A stretch of DNA of 58,347 nt, filler included, from Sphacelaria rigidula (taxonomy: Eukaryota): the NCBI GenBank assembly GCA_964200075.2. It is 10 parts of 10 records of this genome, joined end to end, with 100 filler letters (N's around TTAATTAATTAA, not from the genome) between each part and the next. Parts side by side here need not be neighbours in the genome. Positions count along the whole stretch, not along the records: positions 1 to 5,745 come from CAXNAA020024788.1; positions 5,846 to 11,590 come from CAXNAA020024789.1; 8 more parts are not named here. One strand, 5' to 3'. The notes under the pieces were generated by a model. The model saw nothing but the letters and a program-made list of their open reading frames with translations, made no database searches and was not told the DNA's origin. The position numbers and the translations under genes are program-made. This document shows positions 1 to 11,690 of this stretch, piece by piece. The first letter of the stretch is position 1. Each line of letters begins with the position of its first letter.

Positions 1-1960
1 TAACCCTCCTTTTTCTTTAACCTACTATAAAACAGCCCGGACATGGACATGAAATAAATGGAGAAGCTTTTGCTTGGAATTCAGGCCGCGCCCGGTAGAG
101 AAACCGTTCCTGCAGCAAAAGGGCGTGGACAAGATGTGCGCCAGGGGAATACTGACCGTCAGGCTTGCGAATACTGTACGTGCAAAATGAATGATTAAAA
201 GGGCACGGTGAGAGTGTCCTTATCGAAGCTCGAAAGCGAAACGGAGCTAAACGTCGAGTGCGCTTTCCATCTCGATGTGACGGAGCGTCTCTGGCGCCAA
301 CGCGGTGCCATGGTCGGGGTGCACATCTTACGTCAAAGGTTGTCTGAGGTTGTACACTCAAGCCCGAATATTTCTCGTTGAAGGCCTCCTAACTTGAAGT
401 GTCTAAGAGTAAATCTGTGCACCCTTACCGTGACACTACTCACCAGCAGCAATAACACGACGTGATATATAAGCCCACCAGCGATCAACAGCCAAGCAGA
501 AACAATCGATCCAGGCCTGTCGACAGTAGTCTGTGCGAGAACTACACCGCCTGTGAATAAGCATGACTCTTAATCCACATGGAGGAGGACCCTTACTCAA
601 GCTCGATGCTGGATAGACCACGTGATGCCCCTTACTCGACCACATGCGATGTACTTGCATGGCTTCGACGCGTAATGAAGCAAGATAGTAGGACTGTTCT
701 CGACACCCACCTACACAACACAATGAGTAGCGCCAAAGTACACTCCGTAAAAATCAGGGTAAATTGTATTCGCGTACCCCCGAGGCATATCGAGGAATAC
801 TCCAGGAGAGAGCACGATCTAACCGAGCAACAATATCTGGTAACAATTCGCAACGTATTTGGTATCGTAGACCTGACAGACACGGATTACACCCGATCCT
901 CAGCGCACAACTTGAATGCATCAGGGCCAAAATATGAATGCAGCTTGTCCATCTGAGCCACCACGTCCACGTTTTTGTCTTCCTTTAGGTCATGGAAGGC
1001 GTTTCCGTTGATCACCTGGGCCACGATCACCTGGGCCAAGATCACCTGATGAGGAGATATGATCAAAGCCGCAAAGTACCACGGAGTACAAAAGACCTAG
1101 GGTGCGAAAATATGATAAGCGGAACCTTGCACGTGTTTCCGACATATTACGTAACAATGGTGTTGACGAAACAACACGTACTGGGTTGAAGAGCACAAGA
1201 CGGTACAAAAGAAGCTCAGCTGACATAAGCTTGGAGTGTGATGCAAGCCGCGACGAACGGCCGGACAAGGATCAATACGTACTCCTCCGCAGCAGAGGGC
1301 AGTGAAAGGCTCACCGTGGCATTCGTTGCGTATATATCGTTCCAGGCCGCTGACGTCAGAAAGTCTGAAACATACCTCCAGGGCTCCATTCGCCCGTTCA
1401 TAGCCTGAGCGCATGGGATTGAAACACGTGTTACATGCGTAGGAGGATGTGAATATGGATCCTATGGCAAGGACGGCCAATGTTGAGTCACCGCCATCGC
1501 ATACAACGAGCTTCTGTAACAAGTAGAACCAGATGATCGCCGGCTAGATGTTGAGGATTCTCCTACAAACTAGGGCTAAGAAATGGTGGTGGAAATATCG
1601 ATTGAAAGGACACAAGAAACGAAGTCGTTGATGATTAACGAGTTATTCACTCAGAAGTCAAGTAATTGACCGCTAGCAAGTACAAAACTGTCGGTTGTTT
1701 CCACAATAATTCAGACCCATGGAACATACGATGGCTGAAAACGATCCCACACAGATGGGTAGAATTAGTTCAAAACAGAAAAGAGCGAAAAAATGATGAT
1801 CTAGGCTCGACGTTTTCTTTTGGAATTCCAACAAAAACAAAATACCGCGTTTTGATCCCGAATCGCGACCCTATCACCCCCATATTTCCTCGTCTTTTTC
1901 CTTTTTCAGGTTTCCTTCATCGCGTATTTCCGCCTTCTACAGCTTTGGTACCTCTGTCCT

Positions 1961-2030
1961 GTGACCACCGTCGGACTCCTCGGAGTTTACCTAATGTGCG
2001 ACAATCAACCAACCAACTGATCGATCAATG
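1961..2030 (+). repeat. Dispersed non-LTR retroelement 3' tail (GACCAC...GTGCGACAATCAA + (CAAT/CAAC)n)
   Basis: Related motif at 31455-31510 (+) and 56436-56496 (-), each ending in a tetranucleotide microsatellite. Confidence 0.55.
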
Positions 2031-3366
2031 CAACAAGCGATGCCTCAAATGAATGAAGTCAAGAATAACAAATGAAAACTTTGAACACCGGAAGTTATGA
2101 AACGCTCAGTCGTACGTCGAGTGAAAAATATTATTCTATGTAGTATTAACCACTGCGGTCATTTCACTTCCACGCGCATGAGCACACACATGCAAAGACG
2201 CTCGCTATCGCTTGATTTACGGGAGTGAAGGCAAGGGACAACTCTGAGTTATCTACTATTAAGAAAACTGTAAAGTACACCGCGTACTGCGCTTCATTCG
2301 AGTACTCAAGATACAGACAGCATCTGGGCATTCACACTTAATGTCTTCCGGCCTCCCTCCCCCTCGCTGCGCGCAAGGCAAGTATGCGCCAGTTGCTTAC
2401 ATAAGCGTTTCTTTCATATTGCCACCATATCTCAGTCCCAGGAGCGATCAAGTAGCCTTCCAGAGACGAAGGGATGGAGTCAAGACGCACGCCATGTGGC
2501 TGCAGATAGGTGCCTGGCGAATCGGCATCGTGCAACGATACAGGAATGGATTGCCAATAGATTGTAAGAGGAGACAGCAGCAGACCAGGTAGGCGTCCAA
2601 GAGTCGAGTATCGGGGTCTACATCAGAAGTAAGACATTTTCGATGCGTCCACTAACAAGAACAACCACTGAACTTGAGGACCAAAAGACTGTGACTGAAA
2701 ATATTGTAGATCAAAACGGGATGGAGGATAAGGAGAACAGAATCACGAGTGCTTCACCAAAGCATTGAATCTCCTGGCGATGAACGACTACGTTCCGTCC
2801 GTTTTCTCCTAAATGTTGAAATTCGTGCAACCACTGACAGCAGCGGGAAAATGCCCTTGCAGATACGGTAGGATACGTCTGCAAGGCAAGAGACAGGTTT
2901 ACGCAAGCTCGGCGTCAAAATACCTTGGTTAACGCATTCTGGACAAAACCTCATTAACCCTAACCCCTGGAAGATGTGAGTGTGATGATCCTACAGAAAT
3001 ATCAAGTATGCCCAACCGTGGTGAGCTGACGACGAAATTGCGTGAAGCCTACATACATGATGTCAAAGACACGGGGGGACAGAAAAAAAAAACACTCGGT
3101 GTTTCCAGCGGTAGGATTTCTGCCAGAAATGAACGGTTTCCGCCGTTTGCTTTTTGTTGCTCATCCCAACAAACTATGATTACGGCACGATTCGCACTAC
3201 GGGTGAACCTATTCCCGACTCCTATTCTTGGTACAAGCCGACGCGGATATAGCAACATTTTGTACAGCACGGGTCAAGAGCAGAATATCCGCAAAATGGA
3301 GACTAGGTTTTCACGTAGAGTATCAAACAGCCGTTTTTCAAAACTTGAGGATGGGGCTTTCATTGG

Positions 3367-3665
3367 GGATGGTAACCCGGAAAATTTTCACGTTTTTGTA
3401 TCAACACCCATTCCTCGAAATATGATTGCATTTCTTCACTCGCTGGCAACTATCGGCAACTGCTACACGTCATGCAAAATTGATTCCGATAACCAAACGT
3501 TTTGGGTCCCAGGTGAAAACAAATTCTGCGGAGTTGAGGTGATCCGATTTTCCGCATTGTATGACATGTAGCAGTTGTCAACAGCTACCAGTAGGTGAAG
3601 GAGTCCAATCATATTCCAAATAATTGGTGTGGATACGAAGAGTTCAATGTTCCGGGTTATCATCC
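3367..3665. repeat. Degenerate long inverted repeat (foldback/MITE-like)
   Basis: ~110-bp arms 3367-3478 and 3560-3665 are reverse-complement homologues; the + and - ORFs read FVSTPIPRNMI and FVSTPIIWNMI. Confidence 0.7.
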
Positions 3666-3729
3666 TTGATGAAACGCTTCATCCTTATTTTTTTTAATTT
3701 GCTGTTATCACAAGTGATTCGCAAAGGTT

Positions 3730-3979
3730 GACAGTTTCTACGATAGCCCCCCCCCCCAAAACCAGCTGAAAGTGTAACGAAACAAATGGCCATACAGCGC
3801 CTAATGTTCGGGTTCAGGTTGCATGAAGCACCTCATATTGGCGACATTGGCTAGAACGAACCCAAGCTTGGGCATTCCCAGCTGCTCGTTATACTCGGCT
3901 TTTCTCATTTCGATTGACGTGAAGATTTTGCCTCCCAGAACCATGCACTTTCTTGGGGGGGGCTATCGTAGAAAGTGTC
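3730..3979. mobile_element. MITE family B, TIR GACASTTTCTACGATAG(C)n, 4-bp TSD GGTT
   Basis: TIRs gacagtttctacgatagcccc / ggggctatcgtagaaagtgtc; ggtt at 3726-3729 and 3980-3983; second copy at 30259-30676. Confidence 0.85.
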
Positions 3980-4580
3980 GGTTGAGGTAGGGAAGACTAA
4001 TTAGATTTCACAGTGGAACTCAAATATTTGCCTTCAGATTGCGGTGGGTTGTGTCATTCGGGTGTTGGGAATCAGGTAATTGCTTATTCCGCCATGATTC
4101 ATGAACGTCCAGGTTCTTATTTTTTCTGTGTTTTTTCAGACTCTGCTCGCCTCATATCCTGGTGATCGCTTAGATGGTCCCTGTTTTTCTGTTCATTTCT
4201 CGACCGCACGCGGTAGGCGGCCATTATAGTTCCGTTGTGAAAGCTCTCAGTCGGTCGTCATCGACTCTGAAATTGCAGAAAACCTCTGAAATTCTATCCG
4301 AAAAATATATCATCCATCTCTCACGAACTTTCCGTTCGAATTGCATAATTTGCGTATGAAAATAATCTTTCGGGCCTCGAAGTATCTTCCTGTGAACAGG
4401 GCAATCAGTGAGGTCCACAATGCTAGGATCTGCGATACAGTAGCGGCGCATTCGTATTACGTGGTTTGACGGTTACACACGGCGGGATTTATTTCCGTAA
4501 TAGGCGTGTTGGGGACATGCATGCATGGTTCCGGCAAGGAGCGTGAGACCAAGAGAGACGGGGCTCAATTTAACGCCGCA

Positions 4581-4828
4581 GAGTCATGCTACGATAGGGG
4601 GGGGGGATTTTGGGCCGCTTTCTTCCACGAAGTTCTACTTGCAATCGTCGTTGATAGCAGCAACGGTAGTTCAAACGCGCTTGCTTCCGATTCACAACGC
4701 TCATTTATACTGTTTGACATCGCTTTTATCCTAATACAAGCGCATCCCGAGTGTGTGGGGTCATCTGACGCACCTATGAGCAAATTTGTTCGGGGAATCG
4801 AACCCCCCCCCCTATCGTAGCATGACTC
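4581..4828. mobile_element. MITE family A, TIR GAGTCATGCTACGATAG(G)n, 4-bp TSD CGCA
   Basis: Perfect TIRs gagtcatgctacgatagggg / cccctatcgtagcatgactc; cgca at 4577-4580 and 4829-4832; inverted homologue at 32692-33423. Confidence 0.88.
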
Positions 4829-5745
4829 CGCACACAAATTCCTGCACAACGTTAACAGAGAATGGTACAATCCCGCTTACGTGTGATAGATCGTTTCGGA
4901 ACCGGAGCTTGTGACAAAATTAGGTTCGTTGGAAGGATGGGCGACAGCATTTCATGTCGAATACCATACAAAACAAATTTAACACAGTCCCGTGTCCACG
5001 CGTGTTATGCGTGTACGTGTTCTTGATGCGTTGCTTGGATTTTCTGCTGAAGGAACATTCGAGGATCACCATAGACACGTTAAAATAGGACCAGTTCCAT
5101 GGCGCAAGAGCCGACGTCCGAGAACACTTCGGCCACCCATGTCCGGGCAAATACGTGTCATGGTGGGTTTGATTACGAGAGCATCAATACTCGTCATTGG
5201 CGGTCATTGGCCAGCTACTTAATTGCAATGTGGTGATGAGGGCCCAACGCACCGAGCCGCCTCGACCCAATTCGCCGTATCCTAATAGCGAGCCGCGTCT
5301 CTCTGTTGTATCACGACGGAGCTCTTGGCTTAACTTGTGTTCGAAATCACCTCACAACAACAGCGAAAACAGCCTATTGTACTGGGGCCAATGCGGCATA
5401 CCTTTTGTCCCCACTTTTGGTGATCAATTGGACGTCTTGGGTTGTTTCGACTAGGTCCTGCGCGCTGCCAACATCTGCATTGAAGCACCGCAAACAGATA
5501 TGGTTGAGCTTTGGGTTTTCAAGCTGGTAGTAACAGCGGGTTCTCAAAATGGGATTGTGTCACGAGGTTGTCTCGCTTTATCACAGAATCTCTCACTGTA
5601 GTGCAGGAACACACCAAGCACAGCAGTGCAATCACTTGTCTGGGGTACAACTCGTGACGGGTTCACGCACAATAGGTTGATAACTACTTGACTCAAGGCT
5701 CTTGTTCAAGATATGCTCTTTGTCTTGCTCACTTTCTTCTTGCTC

Positions 5746-5845
5746 NNNNNNNNNNNNNNNNNNNNNNNNNNNNNNNNNNNNNNNNNNNNTTAATTAATTA
5801 ANNNNNNNNNNNNNNNNNNNNNNNNNNNNNNNNNNNNNNNNNNNN
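5746..5845. other. Artificial contig-joining linker 1 (N44-TTAATTAATTAA-N44)
   Basis: 100-bp N spacer with a central six-frame stop 12-mer; nine identical copies in the window. Confidence 0.98.
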
Positions 5846-5949
5846 AACTGCACTATACACCCTCAAGATGCAAGACCGTCACCAAAATGTCGAAACCCTT
5901 CGCAACTCGTGAGGAATGATGCACAAAAAAAAGCGAAAATTATGCGCAA

Positions 5950-6035
5950 AAACAAAATGGTCGTGTCGGGATTTGGATTCGAACTCGTGACCTCTGTCAT
6001 AAGATGCGGTTCTACCAGTTTGACCACCGGGTGCC
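5950..6035 (-). mobile_element. tRNA-like head of a probable SINE
   Basis: Minus strand ggcacccggtggtcaaactggtagaac...gagttcgaatcc has A-box-like and B-box-like motifs but no complete cloverleaf. Confidence 0.55.
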
Positions 6036-6776
6036 AGACGAAAAAGTGGACGCTGTGGGTAATTCCAAGAGTTGGGCGCTGAACTTTTGACACATGTTTA
6101 TCATCACTGCGCACAAGATTCCCCGAGGTGCACCCGTGTTTCTTTTTTTCCACGGTGATAATAGCATTTTTCTAGTTTTTACAAAAACTTCAAATCCCTC
6201 TAAGTTCCTGTTTTTTTATTTGTTTTGCGAATGCACCTCGAGAAATGAATGTTGCGCGTAGTGAAGATACACATGCTGTGTCAAAATTTCAGTGCCTAAC
6301 GCCAACTCTTATGGGAGCGTTGAGAATTTTATTTTGCAATAATTTTAAACGACTTTTTGTTTCTTTCTTTGCCGTAGTCGTGTATTTTGTGCCCGTTCAC
6401 CATGATGACAAAGAAAAAAAAAAACTCGTCTGCTTTTGTTGCAAATTCAAATTTCAAACGCTCCCATGAGAGTTGGCCTGACTCTTCCACTTACCCACAG
6501 CATCGCCAAAATACACTTAAAAAGCACTCACAGCTGGCCCAGCCTGCATGGTTATCGTTATCGTATCGAAAACAGTTCGATACGGAACGATACGATACAG
6601 TAAGTGCTGTCTTCTCATTCGAATACTTAGCAAATATTCAACATTTACCTGGTGAGGTGTGATTGTTAGGCTGTTGCTCATTCCCCGTTCCGCGTTGACT
6701 TTTTCTACTATTCCCAACTTCGGGCAAGCATATGCTAAAATGAGTCATTTCTGCTCGTCGGCTCTGCTCGATAATA

Positions 6777-6863
6777 GAGGTATCTCAAATTCGATGTTTC
6801 TGATATATTCAACCGCGAATTTTACTGTGAAATATATCGGTAATTTCGAGTTCGAGATGCCTC
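6777..6863. mobile_element. 87-bp palindromic MITE (GAGGTATCTCAAA... termini, TA-flanked)
   Basis: ta|gaggtatctcaaattcga ... tcgagttcgagatgcctc|ta; relatives at 11100-11174 and 15235-15660. Confidence 0.7.
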
Positions 6864-7887
6864 TAGTATGTGCCACTTATGCCTCATTTATTTCCCCGTC
6901 CGCCTTTTCGTTTCCATGTGTCCGGGTTTGCGTAGTGTCGTTGAAAAATAGTCTATTTCAAGTGAAACGCCAAGCTTATGGCAAATGAATCGCAAATTTA
7001 ATTCATTACCGAGGTGCCCGGGGTACTTTCATGACCCCTATTCATCACTTTCGGGGGAAAATGCAAGTGCATTCGCCGGCCGTCATATGTGGCCTCGCTC
7101 AGTTGCGAAAATTTAGCAACTTTTCAAGCCCCGTGTTACAGGCTGCTTCACGCTCATGAAATAGAAACACTCATCGGCGTTACTTGTCGCCGTTCGAGGA
7201 GTTAGACCCTGAATTTTTGCACAAATGTTTTAAGGGTCATTATGCATCTTCCGAAGCTATTTTTTTTTTTTCAAATAATTTTTTTGACTAGGATCCCGTT
7301 GGACCCCCGAAAAATTGTACAAGAAGAAAACCTCGTTCATCCAAAGTTGCGTAATGATCCACGGCACATTTGTGCAAAATTCCAAGATTCAACTCCTAAA
7401 AACGCGTGTTTGTGGGATGAACTTTCCCGTGCCACGGTAAAACTGCAAACTACTTGATTTTGGTATGAGAATGGCCTTTTTGGGCCTTCTTCGACGCAGT
7501 CATAAAAATTCAAGCATTAACCGAGTTCGACCACGAAAATTTGTCGGGCCCTCTCTTTGGTGGTGCCGCGACAGCTCGTTGGCGGAAAAGTGAAAGAAAC
7601 ATCACAGTGCCGGGTTTCCGAGGTCCCAGGATGGAGACTACTTCGAAAAAACAACTGGGATCTCGTCGGACCCCGCAAAACGGTACAAAAGTCAAGAATT
7701 AAGAAAAAAAAACTTGTTCTTCATCGAAAGTTGCGTAATGACGCACAGCACATTGGTGCAAAGTTTCAGGGTCTGACTGCTAATAGCGGCATGAAGGTTT
7801 GCGCGTTTGGCGAGGACGTGAGCTTGAATGTGCAAACTCCCAACTACTTGGTTGTAGTATGAAAATGTATTTTCTTGGGTGAATTAT

Positions 7888-9528
7888 ACGAGCTGGGCTG
7901 CAGGCGAATTCGCATATTTTTTCTTCGAGTTGGACAATGAAATTTGGTATGGACAATCAACAGGGCATGAAAAGAAGATGTGTGCGGGGCTCTACAGTTG
8001 TTTTTCTTCTTGAATTTGACGGCATTTTACCAAAACTTTGAAACTGATTATTGCTTTTGATTCATAAATTAAAAAAAACTTTGGGACCCCCGCACACATT
8101 TTCTTCAATGCTCTGTTGATTGTCCACACCAAATTTTACTGTCCAACTCTGGATGAAAAATTGCGAAATCGCCTGTTAAAAACCGGGCCGGTCGAAATTC
8201 GGAACAGTATTTTGCAGGCCGTTTACCGGCCCAGGTTTGGTGTTTGTGTATTGAAACTGTGCGCGGGACCTCGCTAGGTCATGATGACCAAAAAAAATGG
8301 ATCAGGTTGGTTTTGGTTTGTTTTTCGCTGGTTTGGGGTGTTTTAGTATGGTAACGACAATTTCTTTACGAGAGCACCCGAACCTCTCCCAAAGAAGGAA
8401 AAATTAAAGGCCCATTATTTTTTCCCCAGCATACGTCTGTCGTTCTCCATGCTAAGTTTCAAATAACAATTTTAGAAACTAAGCTAAAAAAATGAGATGA
8501 GACCCAAGAGCAATGTTTATTTCTCCTCAAAATTCCCCTTAAAACATGTTTTTTTTTTTGAAAAAGCTGTTTTTTTCTCCATTTTTTTTATCCCACTGTG
8601 CACTAGCAGTCATCCACCCAAATTTCATACCAACACCCTCGAAAACTGATTCGCGATACCCAGATTTAAATCACTAGCTCGTAATATATCGATTTTAGTA
8701 TGGAATCTCATGTGCGCCATATCTCGAGATAGACGAATTGGGTGAAGGTGAGGGTATCTATCGTCTCCCGGTGCTCGACGGGAGATCCACACCAAAAATC
8801 GTCCATCATGCGCTGAATGCATCATTCGGAGTTTCATATAGATTATAGTGTGGACGCTATCTCCGTACGGTATAAGAATTACTATACATGAGGTGTAATC
8901 AGCAAGAAAAAGGTGGACCAGCTTTTTGAGCAGATGGGCACCTTCCCCTTAATTGAACGATTAACCCTTTTGGAACTCACAATGGAAAATTGATAATTTG
9001 CAATTGACGGTTTATGAGCAAGATATGATCGATGGTTTACAGCTCAGACGCAGTAATATTCGCCCAATGCGTATTTTTCAGAACCGGTACGAGTAACAAG
9101 TGGAACAGAGTAAGGTTTCCGATTTACGAATGTGCCGAACCAAACCCTGGAATCCATTGCTGTTTCTTCGAATAAATGTTTCATTGTGGTTTTGCTAATT
9201 ATTGTCAATAGATACCATTGGACACACTTCATCCGTTGCGTGATATGATTGGACAAACCCGACCTCTCCAGGCAGGACATTTTTCCTGCACCCGCTGCGT
9301 ATGCCACTGGATTTTTGTTCCGTCTTCCATTATAAAATGGTTGCCGTTGGTCTTCTCTGCTTTCATCTTTTCCTCTTTGTCAGGGCTTCCCATAAGAAGG
9401 CGTTTGGCCCGGGGACAGGAGAGGAGGGTTCCAAAAAGGTTAGTACGATATGCGGATCAGCCCAACATGGTTGTGTCGTGAAGATGATGCTTTGAGAGCT
9501 TGAATCCGTTTGTAGGCTGGCCCAGCTC
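7888..9528. mobile_element. Non-autonomous Tc1/mariner-type DNA transposon (TA|CGAGCTGGGC...GCCCAGCTCG|TA)
   Basis: Short TIRs flanked by TA; homologues at 46760-47253, at ~16100-16670 (inverted) and a right end at ~23599-23616. Confidence 0.72.
8965..9439. mobile_element. piggyBac-like MITE nested in the mariner-type element
   Basis: ttaa|cccttttggaac ... gttccaaaaagg|ttag; the homologue near 47150-47180 has a single TTAA and no insert. Confidence 0.85.
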
Positions 9529-10173
9529 GTACGTCAAAGCAAGGAAAACTGGATGAAGTTTTCGAGTTCCTCGACCCAAATATGTACATGTGTTCCTTGG
9601 GCTATCCTGGAACGCACCATTTTCTTCTTTTGAGGCATTCCGTACCGCCTTCACACTGGAACCCCCGGAAGCTGATAGAGAACGGAGAAAATTTCAAAGG
9701 TTGTCAATACATTTTCTTGATTGTAGAGCATCAATGCCTACAGAGCTGCCAAGTTTGAGGACGTTTCAAGCTTTCCTACAACATATATAAGGGAAACCGT
9801 CACGAGGTTTCCAGACTCTCACGTGCGTATCATACCAGTGGAATTTAGACGACGTCACAGCCCACACCACCGAAACATCACGGTTTCGGGTATAATTCGA
9901 CCCCGCAGTAACCGGTTTCCGACATGTTATTGTCCGTTATATTCACGAGCTGATGGCGGTTACTACGATTTGACGCGTGTGGAGATCGGATGAAAATTGG
10001 GCTTGGAATTCGTATTATCGATCTCAGAACAATTTGAACGGCGTTGATTGATCGAGATACATTTTCGCCCCTTGCGCTGGCATGATGGCCCAAACACAAA
10101 TTTGGCTATGTCACGCTCTTCAGCGGTCCATGGCGGTCTGTATGATATCATGTATGCGACTATTAGATAGGTA

Positions 10174-11035
10174 CCGTAAATGTGCGAGTCATCGCACCCC
10201 TGTGCGTTGATTTCTCAAGTTGGAAATCATTTAATTCATTTTCCGCACAGGGGTAGGAGTCATCGCACCCCTGTGCGATGCCTCCGACATTGGTGCCACT
10301 TTCGAGCGTGAGGTTGCATGCTGCGGCGTGTAGCCCCAGGATAGAAACCTGTCACAATCTGTTTGTGTCGCGGTTGCAACCGGGGCTCATCGCTATTTAT
10401 AGCAGGTGCAAACGTATTAAACCTTTTTTTACTCTCAAGTTGTTAATTTTAAACGGCGACTGCCCTCAAAAGAAAAAAAAAGGTCCACACTAACGGACAT
10501 TCACGATGCGGTGCTAACCTACCGTACCTCATGCGACGGAGCGACAGCCTTCAACTCAATACCTACCTACACCAATCGCAGTTTTCTCCTCTCTTCGCAC
10601 ACAACACCACAAACAATCTCGAATCCTACCGTTACCAGTCGTTGCACTATACAAAGCGAGGCACGAGATGTCTACGCGGGCGTACTGGTCGAAGCTACTT
10701 ACCACGGGCCGCGCCTACTTGTAAATCTACCCCTCCTTCCCCCGGCTAGAGATGTTTCACAGCTCGTCGTCCACTTCCTTTGCCTCGCTACGTACCTCCT
10801 TATTGCACAGGGGGTGTGCGTTCACACCACAGCATGGCAGGGTGTTTGATTTTGTCAGAATCGCACATGTCGGAGTCACCGTACAGGGGTGTGCGTTCAC
10901 AACACAGAATGGCAGGGTGTTTGATTTGTTCAGAATCGCACATGTCGGAGTCATCGCAACCCTGCGCGGTAAAAATCAAAGTTTGGAATAAAAAAAATCG
11001 ATCGCACAGTGGTGCGATGACTCGCACAATTACGG
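10174..11035. mobile_element. Non-autonomous Tc1/mariner (pogo-like) element with subterminal repeats
   Basis: ta|ccgtaaatgtgcgagtcatcgcacccctgtgcg ... cgcacagtggtgcgatgactcgcacaattacgg|ta; GAGTCATCGCA motif repeated at ~10257 and ~10948; internal ~76-bp tandem duplication at ~10807-10955. Confidence 0.85.
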
Positions 11036-11590
11036 TATTGCGAAAGGAATTTGCTGTTGACACAATTTTGGGTGATGCGCGTGAACCAGCCTGTTATTAG
11101 AGGTACCTCAAACTCCAGATTCCCGGTATATTTCACACCCAAATATAGCGGGATCCTCGAATTTGAGACACCTTCATTTGCACCGGATTTCACAAATTTC
11201 GGATGGAATTCTTCTGTAAGGATGAGCGAGACCACATCACGGCTGGAGACTTTGCGTCTGCATTAGACCCACTTTTATGCCAAACGAATCTCGATTTTTC
11301 GGGACCGGGGGGACTCAAATTCGTGAACTCAAAATCGGTGGGAACATTTTATGGCACAGACGGTACAGTACAGTATCACAGATTTGTGAAACGGTTCTGT
11401 ACACAGACGTTCATTTTTTGCATGAGTGTGGTACTGCGTTCTCGTGCATGAAGCCGAAGAGCAGGCAATACAATACTTCGAGTACAGTGTCGTACCTTGA
11501 TACCCTAGGGTAATACAGTGTAGGACACTTCATCAGTACAGTAAATGATAATGCCTTGTGATAGTACATGATGGCACAGTCGGTATTGCG

Positions 11591-11690
11591 NNNNNNNNNN
11601 NNNNNNNNNNNNNNNNNNNNNNNNNNNNNNNNNNTTAATTAATTAANNNNNNNNNNNNNNNNNNNNNNNNNNNNNNNNNNNNNNNNNNNN
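11591..11690. other. Artificial contig-joining linker 2
   Basis: Same 100-bp spacer. Confidence 0.98.

Noticed and set aside
2953..2967. Telomeric (CCCTAA)n seed
   Set aside because: Only about two units, which is expected by chance.
3008..3571. 187-aa ORF as a gene
   Set aside because: It overlaps a foldback repeat arm and has no recognisable domain or splice structure.
5950..6035. Functional tRNA gene (likewise 34590-34669 and 48285-48360)
   Set aside because: A/B boxes are present but acceptor and anticodon stems do not close; two of the three are attached to a shared SINE body.
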